From a virus: a stretch of DNA of 64,000 nucleotides. Where the stretch lies: the IMG/VR virus record IMGVR_UViG_3300044701_003572, positions 1 to 64,000 of that record. The stretch is one strand, 5' to 3'. The position numbers and the translations under genes are program-made. Below, piece after piece: positions 34,921-45,200 of the stretch. Under the pieces are notes generated by a model, which saw only the letters and a program-made list of their open reading frames with translations, had not been told where the DNA came from and searched no databases. Within the stretch, counting starts at the first letter, position 1. The number at the start of each line of letters is the position of its first letter.

Positions 34921-36009
34921 TTATCTTACCCAATACCAAATAACGCCCGGGCTACCGCCATCTTGGATTGTGGCCAACCACGGTGCTGGTTCCCATCCGC
35001 CACACGAGATCAATGTTCCCCACCAACCGCCACGGAATCCATCTGTGGTCAACCAACCGTGATTGATACCAATGCCTACCCAAGGCATACGTGCTTCCAT
35101 AGCATCGTAATGATAATCCCACGTTTTATCATTGTAACCAAAGCGAGCTAGTTCTGTAATGTTCTTGCGCCAGCCAGGTGTACCTAAATGTTCATCACCC
35201 ATGTCAGCACTTTCATGAGTTTGAGTAAATGAGTATGCTTCGTTGGCAGTCCAAGCACCGCCCAGTGATCCGTGTTCGCGAGCAGTGATCATAAAATCAA
35301 ATCCTGTCTCTGCACGTTTGATCTTGTTAGCCCAACTTAATATGCTGTAGTTTTGTTCAACTGAACGATTGTTGTATGCAGCCAGTTGAGTAGGGCAAGT
35401 GGTAGCGTTGCGACTAAACACTTGTTCTTCTGTCCAGTTACTAATAGAATTTTGTAAAATCAATGTCCAACCACCACCAAGTGTAGTCATATCACAATAG
35501 ACTTGGAACGGATCGCCATTATTGATTGCGTCATTCTGTATCCAGTATACACTATCTTCACTGTCCGGGTAGTCTTGTTTGATCTGCCACGCACTAGTGC
35601 TGTATTCTTCTCTAGTCTTGCCGTTAGGTACGCCTAATGCTTGATTACGTGCTATAAGTTCTGCCTTTTCACGTGCTAGAATAGTCTGTTCTTCTGTGCG
35701 TATTGCGGCAACTAATGCTGTACGATCAGTAATGCTTAATGTTTCGTAATAATCTAAAACAGTTTCGTTGTCTACAACTGCGTCAGTGTTGTTGATGGTA
35801 TCCGCATTTTGCAAAGAGTCGTGTAGCGTATCAAAGTTTTCATTGACAGTATTGATAACTTCGACTAGTGGATTAGCAGGATGTAAATCTTTTAGTTCTA
35901 ATTTCTTAAATGTCATAGGATTCTCAAAGTTTTCGTTAACCGTATTAATAACTTCAACTAACGGATTAGCAGGATGTAAGTCGTAGAGTTCTATTTTCTT
36001 AACGGACAC
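34921..36009 (-). CDS. tail-associated protein with a duplicated N-terminal anchor and a fibrinogen-C/intelectin-like domain
   Basis: FQVYCDMTTLGGGWTLI fibrinogen-related motif; 31-aa N-terminal tandem repeat; GTG start. Confidence 0.75.
   Translation of the reverse strand: MSVKKIELYDLHPANPLVEVINTVNENFENPMTFKKLELKDLHPANPLVEVINTVNENFDTLHDSLQNADTINNTDAVVDNETVLDYYETLSITDRTALVAAIRTEEQTILAREKAELIARNQALGVPNGKTREEYSTSAWQIKQDYPDSEDSVYWIQNDAINNGDPFQVYCDMTTLGGGWTLILQNSISNWTEEQVFSRNATTCPTQLAAYNNRSVEQNYSILSWANKIKRAETGFDFMITAREHGSLGGAWTANEAYSFTQTHESADMGDEHLGTPGWRKNITELARFGYNDKTWDYHYDAMEARMPWVGIGINHGWLTTDGFRGGWWGTLISCGGWEPAPWLATIQDGGSPGVIWYWVR
35831..36000 (-). repeat. 93-bp in-frame tandem duplication (KKxELxDLHPANPLVEVINTVNENF x2)
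   Basis: Copies start at 35831 and 35924 and differ mainly at synonymous positions. Confidence 0.9.
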
Positions 36010-36020
36010 AGTATTTCCTT

Positions 36021-37157
36021 TTACCAGCTAGTGCCAGTCCACGCTACACGGACCCAAATGTCAGTGGTGTTATTAACGTAGTTTTGTTTACAATAGTATA
36101 TGTACGGGTCAGTGAATACCACCATTCCTTCTAGGTCTCCGGCAGCACCATAACTGTGTTCTGGCACAGTTCCATTGGGGAATATCATCCTGCCGTCAGG
36201 AGAAAATGTAAAAGTAGTACTGCCTAAAAGTGTTTGTGCAATAATCTCGGTAGTACCGTCGGAATTTATTAAAATTCCTCCTAGCGGCTCGAGTAATGGG
36301 CCATCTGCACCGGCGGCTCTCAACTGTATATATTTGTTAGAGGCACCCCAGATATTGGTATTACCAGCGACATCGCTTTCTACTCGGACTCCGCTAGGAA
36401 ATGTTAGACTACCGTCATTGTCATCAAAGTGCCAAGGATACGATGGTGTGCCTATCGTAAGTATTCCGCCGGAAGCCGGCGAAAGACCAAGACCACCGGA
36501 AGTTGATATAACACTACCGCCTGGGAGTGTCAGTCCACCGTAACTATCAAATGTCCAAGACTTTAGTGTAGTTAGTGCATTAGTATTAACCACAACAGAG
36601 TCAGATGATGTAATTGCCACGGCTCCATTAGCAGATGCTATTTCAGCGCCTTGGATAATGATATTTTCACCAGATGCTACTGTTGGAAAAGTCACATATG
36701 GATTAGCACCACCAGTTAATACTACCTCCTTAGCACCAACTGCTAATTTATCAGTTGAAGAAACTAATGTGCCGTTGACTGTTAATTGCCCGCTACCGTT
36801 TACACTTAGGGGAGTTTCACCTAGATAGATAGTGTTGTTGCTGACATATAAACTCTTCCAAGGTTTAGCAGCACTACCTAAGTTACCACCGAGAGCAGTC
36901 TGTGGAACAACATCCCCGCCTACATTTAAGTCGCTAGTAACAGTAACAGCCTGGTCAATGGTGATCGCTGAACTGTCTGTGGTGCTGATAGTGCTGCCGG
37001 TAAATTCAAATGCGCCAATATTTAAAGGAGCAACATCTAATCCTAGTGCTGTATAAAGTTCAGTGAAGTTGGCATTTACTTTTTGGAACGCAGCACGTAG
37101 GCTATCACCTTGTTTATCATTTGATGTTATGCCTACGTTAATTGTTTGCTTAGTCAT
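36021..37157 (-). CDS. tail fibre protein with a gp9/10-like N-terminal anchor
   Basis: NDKQGDSLRAAFQKVNANFTELY; repeated WxFxxxGxLxxP shaft motifs. Confidence 0.75.
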   Translation of the reverse strand: MTKQTINVGITSNDKQGDSLRAAFQKVNANFTELYTALGLDVAPLNIGAFEFTGSTISTTDSSAITIDQAVTVTSDLNVGGDVVPQTALGGNLGSAAKPWKSLYVSNNTIYLGETPLSVNGSGQLTVNGTLVSSTDKLAVGAKEVVLTGGANPYVTFPTVASGENIIIQGAEIASANGAVAITSSDSVVVNTNALTTLKSWTFDSYGGLTLPGGSVISTSGGLGLSPASGGILTIGTPSYPWHFDDNDGSLTFPSGVRVESDVAGNTNIWGASNKYIQLRAAGADGPLLEPLGGILINSDGTTEIIAQTLLGSTTFTFSPDGRMIFPNGTVPEHSYGAAGDLEGMVVFTDPYIYYCKQNYVNNTTDIWVRVAWTGTSW

Positions 37158-37168
37158 TTATACGCCCC

Positions 37169-39283
37169 TTATGCCAACGCTGCTATTGCTGATTGGAATG
37201 CAGCATAACTGCCAGCTGCCGCCACCAATACTTTTAATTCTGCTATACTAATCGCAGCACCAGTTTGATACCTAGAATCGGGGAATTGAATTTGACCGTT
37301 AGTATCAAACACCCATTCTTTCTGTGTTGGTCCAACTCCAGTAACAACTCCCACAACTCGATTTGATGTTAATGTAACTGATTCTGTTCCAGCCCCAGAA
37401 TATATAGAAATGCCAGTGTCTTTAGCCCAGTTGGAGTAAATGTTTAGCTCTTCGTTAACACCTTCTATTTCTGCAATAGCTAATCTTTTCTCAAGAATTA
37501 AATTATCTTTGAGTGTGATATTACCGTCAACTGTGATTGAAGTTTGGAATATAACTGGACTGTCAAACTGGATGGCACTGGAATCACTAGTCGAAACAGT
37601 GCTGCCTATAAATTCCAATACACTGCTTGAAAATAGTTCGCTGGTAGCTGTGTCATACATCAATGGTCGACCGTTGCCGGACGATCGTATTGGATTAACA
37701 AAGAATCCTGCAGCCGCAGCTTCTACTGCAACACCGCTGGCATTAAGTACAATTGAACTGGCATTTTGATTAGTAAAGCCTGCTCGGTATCCAATAGCGA
37801 TTGAGTAGGCACCTTGATTAGTTTGACCAGCACTCCATCCTATGGCCACTGCTGAAGTACCTTGTGTAATCTGTGCAGCGGTATAACCTAGTGCAATTGA
37901 ACCTGCGCCCTGAGTAGTTTGACCAGCAGTATAACCCATAGCAATTGAATTACTTCCTTGCGTATTATAACCTGCTGTAGGACCAATAGCTATTGATTGC
38001 GAGCCTTGTGATATTTCTCCAGCAATGTGTCCTATTGCTACTCCGTAGGTACCCTGCGAAGTTTTACCAGCTTCAAATCCAATAGCCACTGCACCTTGGC
38101 CTTGCGTAGTTGTGCCAGCCTGATAACCAATTGCTGTTGCCCATTGTCCTTGTGTAGCACTTCCTGCAAGATAGCCAACAGCTACAGCTAATGTCCCTTG
38201 TGTGGTTTTCCCTGCTTCTTGACCAATAGCTATTGAATACGTACTTTGGGAAGTTTTGCCAGCATCACTACCTAATGCAATTTGAGATTCTACTGTTCGT
38301 AGTGTTGTGGCTGAAACATTGCCGTAAATGTAATTGCTGACAGCATCAACTAAGATTGAACTGTCATCGCCGAACACTGACCCTTTGAGATCAAAACTTG
38401 TAGTAGATGAGATAGTGATCGTATCAGTACCAGGAACAGTAGTGATAAAAATATTTGTACCTGCTGTTAAAGTAAGAGTATCTTCACGAACCTCAGCAAC
38501 CACAGAACTTTGTCCAGTGACTGCTATAGTTCTAAAACCAAACGTGTCCGGTAAATCGTTAGTAATCGTTACAGCACCTGTGCCTCCTACTGGACTGATT
38601 GAAATACCTGTACCTGCTGCGATACTGGTTACTCCTAGGTTAGTCAGTGTTACCTGACCCCTACCACCTGTTAGTGTTCCGCTAATTCCTATCTGTCCTG
38701 CAGTACCTACAAGCTGTGTGACACCTAAATTAGTTAATGTAACATTACCTTTGCCAGTACCGCTAACTCCTATTTCATTAGCAGTGCCGTTAAGTTGCGT
38801 TACACCATTGTTAACAAACGTAACAGTATCTGTTGTGGCGTTGGTTGTGATATTGATATCTGTGCCAGCAAATGTAACGGTATCAGTGTAGTTGTCTGCT
38901 GATACAGTAGTTTGACCGCTGACCGCGATGTTTTTAAAACTTGCTTCTGCAGGATTTTTTATTAATTCACCGCCTACTGTTGATCCTGCAGGAAGATTAA
39001 CAGCAGCGCCATCTGGGCTAAAAACCACTGCTCCACCTATATCGATACCGTCTGTGGTAAGATACAGTGCTTTCCATCTGTTGTCACTAGATCCTAGAAA
39101 AAATGCTCCTGATGTATTTGGACTTAAGTTACCTGCTAGGTTTTCTAAATCTACAGCACCGGAACTACCGCCGGATATAGTCAAATATAGTTCAGTGAAA
39201 TTTGCATTAATTTTATCAAATGCATCGCTGACAGAGCTCCACAGTATAGGAGCCGAACCAGGAGTTATATTTTGTTGTGCCAT
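37169..39283 (-). CDS. tail fibre with YadA-head-like 14-aa repeats
   Basis: AFDKINANFTELY anchor, GVT/VT shaft repeats and QGxxAxAIGxxAG repeats. Confidence 0.8.
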   Translation of the reverse strand: MAQQNITPGSAPILWSSVSDAFDKINANFTELYLTISGGSSGAVDLENLAGNLSPNTSGAFFLGSSDNRWKALYLTTDGIDIGGAVVFSPDGAAVNLPAGSTVGGELIKNPAEASFKNIAVSGQTTVSADNYTDTVTFAGTDINITTNATTDTVTFVNNGVTQLNGTANEIGVSGTGKGNVTLTNLGVTQLVGTAGQIGISGTLTGGRGQVTLTNLGVTSIAAGTGISISPVGGTGAVTITNDLPDTFGFRTIAVTGQSSVVAEVREDTLTLTAGTNIFITTVPGTDTITISSTTSFDLKGSVFGDDSSILVDAVSNYIYGNVSATTLRTVESQIALGSDAGKTSQSTYSIAIGQEAGKTTQGTLAVAVGYLAGSATQGQWATAIGYQAGTTTQGQGAVAIGFEAGKTSQGTYGVAIGHIAGEISQGSQSIAIGPTAGYNTQGSNSIAMGYTAGQTTQGAGSIALGYTAAQITQGTSAVAIGWSAGQTNQGAYSIAIGYRAGFTNQNASSIVLNASGVAVEAAAAGFFVNPIRSSGNGRPLMYDTATSELFSSSVLEFIGSTVSTSDSSAIQFDSPVIFQTSITVDGNITLKDNLILEKRLAIAEIEGVNEELNIYSNWAKDTGISIYSGAGTESVTLTSNRVVGVVTGVGPTQKEWVFDTNGQIQFPDSRYQTGAAISIAELKVLVAAAGSYAAFQSAIAALA
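37780..38285 (-). repeat. 42-bp coding tandem repeats (YadA-like beta-roll, about 12 units)
   Basis: The translation shows periodic (S/A)xA(I/V/M/L)GxxAGxxxQG units. Confidence 0.85.
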
Positions 39284-42200
39284 TATGCTCTCCCTACAGC
39301 AAGTTCAATAGTTCCAATATGATCACTGTCATAATCTGCTAGTGCCTTACCTAAAATTGTTCCTGATGATGCAGAGCCTTTGGCAGAAACAGCCACCCCT
39401 GGAATATTGCTAGTTACCATTAAATCTCCTTTGTTGACTTTGCCCACTACTTTGCAAGGAACTCGACCTTGTAACGCAATTAAATTTTTGTATCCAGGAC
39501 AAGCACCGTTCATCACGTACCCTGCATTGTCGCTGATGATACCCGCTACTCTATGATCTCTTTCTTTGGTAGATACTGTAACTTCTTTGTCACCGCCAAA
39601 CACCAGTACTGTTCCTACTTCATATTCTCGATCACCTTCGTAATATTCTGCTAAGTCAGCGGAATATGTTGCTTGGAATCTCGCACCAGCGTTCAAAGTC
39701 CATGTTCCCGAAACTGTAGCAGTTGATCCCGTATTACCTGCAGATAAAGAATAAACACTTACTGTACCTGTAGAAGTAACGTTTCCGCAAGTTATAGGAG
39801 CATTCGATAAACCGTTTTGAGTATAGAAAATATGAGATTCGTTGTAATATAATGTTTTCTTATCATTTGCAACTGTGCCATCGCCTACGAATATTGCTCC
39901 CACAGATGCTCCTGAGCCGTTATAACCATATAACTGAGTATAACCTCCTGTGCCTGCACCTGTTAAGTCCAATATAGTCTGAGCTACCGGTGTTACTGCA
40001 TCGTTGTTCAGCAACAGTCTATTAGCTGTAACATCAGAAAATGCGATGTTCCCTCCGGAACTTCTTACGGCAACTGTGCTGCCAGTCGCTAGATCCGTGC
40101 CAGCGATCATTCCGTAATCCGATGCACCCGCTCCAGTTTTTCTTAAAAATCCTAAACTACTGTATTGACTCTTAAGAATAGCCCCACCCTCTTCTACTAT
40201 AGTTGTGAATGCCACTGCGGCAACGTTATCTGTGCCTGCCGAGTTATTAGCCAATGCAGTCTTCGTGGTAATCTGTTGCAGTTTTCCTGTAGGTATACCA
40301 TTGGTTTTCAGTGAAGCCCAACCGTTAGTTACATCAAATTGACTGGAGTCGAATCCTGATATGCCTTTAAGAGCAGTTACTGAACCTCCCGATTCAGATC
40401 CTGTTTTTGTTCCCGCATAGGTGATTTGAGTTGCTGTGCAGGTTGATACAGTATAGATTCCATTATAACTAGGTGTACCTGCAGCAAATCCTGATACTAT
40501 GATTTTCTGTCCTGCTGTGAATACCGCAGTAGTTGTTGAAGCGAACGATAATGTTACTACAGATCCAGTGCCGGTAGCCGATACTGATAAAATACTAGCT
40601 ACAGATGTAGCATAAGCATTGTTTAAAGACAGTTTAGATTGATCGATAGCTGCTGCAGAATTAATCTGAGAGTTAACAATTTTATCATTCTGTACATTCA
40701 GGGTTACTGAATGAGCAGTACTATCTAGAGATAGAGTGATATCTCCGCCGGAAGATATTTCAGCATTGGTAATAATAGATTCGGCACCGGTAAAGATAGC
40801 TAAATCACCGCCTCTAATATTGTCTAGATCAAAATCATCTATATTGGAAATAGTAAGACTTCTAAGATTTACAGCATCTTGAGGATTTTCAGGATCGGCG
40901 AGATTAACGATCTTGTAATTAGACATTTTCAGATTGTCTGGCCCTTCCCAATCGAGTATACCACTCAGTGCTAAAAAGCCTCCTGTATTGTTAGGAATTC
41001 TTGATTCAGCGGCAACAGCAGCCCCACTTGCTGCTCTTGTACCTAATCTTCTTTCTATGTAACCAACTATAGCCGACTCTGTAGGAACAGTATCCTGTTG
41101 AGGATCGGCCATGTTGTCGTCTGTAGAAAATTCAGCGATTGTAGCTCCACGCTTAAATCCTAGACCGTCAAGATTACTCAATGCCAAAGATGCTGCAAAC
41201 GTAACAGATCCAGTTCCTTGGTCAACTCTGAAATATGGTCCTACCGAGAAGTTACCAAACTGATCAGTGGTTACAAAAAACACACGACCCGAACCTCTTT
41301 CTTGTGTCTGTGCTCTAGTCACAGCGTTACCTTCTTCGTCGATGCTGGTCGCTGCGAGCGGAACACTATCTATGCTATTCACTGCCTGGCCGTAAATTTC
41401 ATTAGGATAGTTGGTGTCGGCATACGAGCCTGTACCAATATCTAACAAATCGTGAGATGTCACACGAGTAAGAGAAATCCTAATAGTCAGTGTACCTAAA
41501 GCAAAACTAGAATAAACAGGAATTCCAGCTTTTAATGTTATCTGTGAGTCGAATGAAATAGGACTTATATCAAAAGCAGGAGAAACAGTAATTAATCCGT
41601 AGAGAGTTCCTAGAGATGCTTTACTCTGATAATTGGTTATTTGATATGTGGTTCCTTGATAAACAAACTCATATTCTGTTCCCGCCGCTATGCCGTTGTT
41701 AACTCGCTGAGCATCAAGAATCGAAAGATCTCCCACGGCCAAGGTAGTTGAGTTTTGGCCTCCTATGAGGGTACCATACACCTGTGTTCCTACTCCTGTA
41801 GTAGATACATTTAACTCAGGTTTTTCAATATTAAAGACCACAGTACCATTCGAAGGACTAGTAGAGTCGATAGTAATCGAAGTTTCGCTGACGATAGTTA
41901 AAACAGTTGGGTCAGTGCCTAGGCTTCCTGTTGCTACAACAGTAATAGTACCTCCGCTGGCTGAAGCTACAATAGTGCTGTTAGCATAGGTTACTGTAGT
42001 AGTTGTACAGCTTATTACAGTTTTTGTACCGTTTAAACTAGTACCACCTCCACCAAATCCACTAACGGTAATTGATTGATTAGCTAGATATGGAGGTCGA
42101 GGCTGTTTGATAAAAGTAAGAGTAGCTAGAGTAGCGGTACTAACGCCACTTACGCTGGTGATATTTGGTCTCGAAACTAATCTATCACCAGCAGCTATAT

Positions 42201-45200
42201 TTTCAGTACAGGCTAATCCTGTTATAGTCGTTCCTGATAATGTACCGCCTACTCCTATCAATGTGCTGTCAATAGGAGGCTCATTAGAAACTTTAAAGGA
42301 ATCTGCGGCTAGATCTTGAGACACTACCCAGTAATAACTATCGATACTGCCAATACCAGAAGGCAAACTAGATCCAGTACCACTGGAATTAAATTTCAGC
42401 ATAGTACCTGCCGTTAGACCGTGGGCTACTTTATTAAATACTCCAGGAGTTCCCGGAGTAACAGTATAGGTTACAAGACTACTGGGAGTAGAATAGGGTT
42501 GGGAAATATACGCACCAACATCAACATAATTATAATTTTCACGAAGCTGGGTCAAGGCCAACCCAAACGGAATCATATATACAGTACCTGACAGAGTGAT
42601 AACATCTGCAGATGTGTTCACCGGTGTTCCGCCGTCAACAGCAGAGATAGTAAATGTATAATCACTAGGAACAGATGTTATATAATATTCAGTAGCGAAG
42701 TCCGGATCAACATCCGCATCGATTGATTCTGGAACTGTGGCTCCAGAAGTGGCCTTAATAATTTTAACCTTATATCCTATTTGCTGTCTATGTGCAATAT
42801 CTGTAGTAATCACTCCCGGATTAGCGATCGAAATTCCTGTTATGGTAAATGTATCCCCGTCGTAGGCTGAATCGTATGCTGAAAAATCTAAAACACGATA
42901 GATGTCATTGGAGTCTGCTAGTTTAAGAGCTGTACTAGGGCGTGTAGCAACATCTACAACATCTCCTGTGAGCACAACATAACTATTCTGTCTGATAGTA
43001 CATATCGCACCATTAGGAACACTGAACTGCAATCCTCCACTGCTGCTGATATTTAATTTGGTAAACTTAGTAGCTGCATTGACAATCTCCACAGTGGATA
43101 TTGAATATTTTACCAATGCACCGTTGTGATTTATTTCTAATTCGGATCCGTTTAACGGATTATAATCTTCATAATATCCGTAGATCGCAGTGCTAGCTTT
43201 TCGATTACTATACTGACTAGGAGTAGTAACCACAGTAAATCTCTGTGACAGTTTGTGGTATAAACTAACAGGAGTAGGTACTTCTAGTGGATCTGCTCCT
43301 TCAGCAACTAGAGCAAAGTTACCGTGAGAGCTAGATCCTCCGATCGATCTAATTTGTCCGCCGTTGATTGAATAATAGGATACATGACAGTAATAGGTAA
43401 ACATCGATACCGCTTCAGTTAATCCACCGTTAGTAGCGATTAAACCATAACCTAAGTCGTTGACCTGTGTAAAGTCATTGCTTAACATAGATCTATTACC
43501 AGGCATCAGCACTTCGTATATTCTTTCGTAGTTCAGTGTACCAGAACCCGTGCTAGTTATTTCTACCGGGTCACCGTCCGGCTCGTCTGAAAATCTAAAT
43601 GTATTTGCAGTTTTACCACCTAACAATACATAATAGTCCTGACCGGCGGTGATACCGCTAGGTAAGACTCCGCCTGCTCCTAATGCGAATCGTATAGTCG
43701 CTCCACTTTGTAATCCATGACCTGTTTTATTGACAGTGGCTATATTTGAAGGATTAGTAAAAGTGAATGCCAGTGCACCATAAGTTAAAGAAAATGGAGT
43801 TGTTTCGTCTAATTCAAACTGTGCAGTTGATCCTGCCGGGTCAAAAATATACTGTCTGAGATAATTAATTCTATATACTTCGTCGTTGACGATAAATGAA
43901 CAAGGCAGCTGCGGGGGTCTAATTAGCCCTGAGATCGCCAATCTTGTAGAAGTTATAGCATTAGTGATACGGAATTGTAGGTTACCGGTAAATCCGTCAA
44001 CAAACATACCTCCACCGAATTTTTTGTAGCCGGTGCTTTTGCTGAATACAGCACCTTCTTGTGCGTACGGCGACTTAGCAAGAATTTGTCCTTCCGGGTC
44101 AAGTACCAACGCAAAACCACCATGGCCTTGCATAGTCATTGCTCTAAGTATTACAGCATCGTTACACAGGAATACATCGAGTTCGTCATTATTTTTCGGT
44201 AAATTACTAGGAGAATTTTCAATTATATCTAGAAGAACATCTATTAATATACCTACAGCCCCACCTTGAGGTGTAACAGTTCCTCCGCTACCTGGTACAT
44301 AAGCAGTAAATCCAGCGCCATTTACACTGGTAGTAAGATTAAAATCTGTATATAAATCTATTCTAGTCGGTTGATTGGCGACAGTTTTCACATAATAGGT
44401 ATTGCCATTGAGATTGGTCATGCTGCCGCCGGCTATTCCGGAAATGTCTATTTTTTCTTTGTCTGCATAACCGTGTGCTGCGGTAAAGGTTAATCTCACG
44501 GGATTGGCTTGAGATGCTGCGCTGATACTTCTTGGCAGAGCACCTGCTCCCCGTTCTGCTTGATACGCAGCATCGGCAATCTGTGTAGCGGTGCTATAGA
44601 TCTGTGACTCGTCTAATTCTATATTTTGTATAATTCGTTGAACTAGGTACTCTAATCTTTCAATAGCAGCTAGTGTTTCATCTAGCTGACTACTTATAGC
44701 TAGAGCTGCACTTTCATTATATGGGTCTCTGTACTTCAATGCAGCAGAAACAGTTCGATTATAACCTCCGTATTTCAAATCGTATATCATTGAATCGATG
44801 ATTAATCCTACATCTCGTTTACAGATTTCACTATTGTAGGAGAATGAACTAGTAAAGGGTGCTAGGTTTTCTTCTATTTGATAATCGATCCAAGATACTA
44901 CTTCTGTTTGTAAAAATAATTTATTGCGGCTTAATAGTTCTGCAGCACTATTAAAAGACCCTTTATTGTTTACTATAGGATAGATAGGACTGTCTGAATT
45001 TTCCAAATAATGATAACCGAACAGTCTGTCTGATGTTACAAGACTGTCAATGCTTCTATCTCTTCTAAAATTTATTAATGCCCATGGGCTAGTGCTAAAT
45101 CCTAATTTAGGTCTTATTATAGTTCTTCTAAATTCATCACCGATAACAGCAACGTTTTGTGGAATTTTTATAGGTAAGTTTTCTTCATAAATACCGCTTT

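Noticed and set aside
34921-35600. Fibrinogen/lectin-like C-terminus as a diversity-generating retroelement target
   Set aside because: No reverse transcriptase and no adenine-variant template repeat were seen in the window.
37780-38285. Periodic 42-bp repeats as a possible CRISPR array
   Set aside because: They are degenerate in-frame coding repeats with no identical direct repeats, unique spacers or cas genes.
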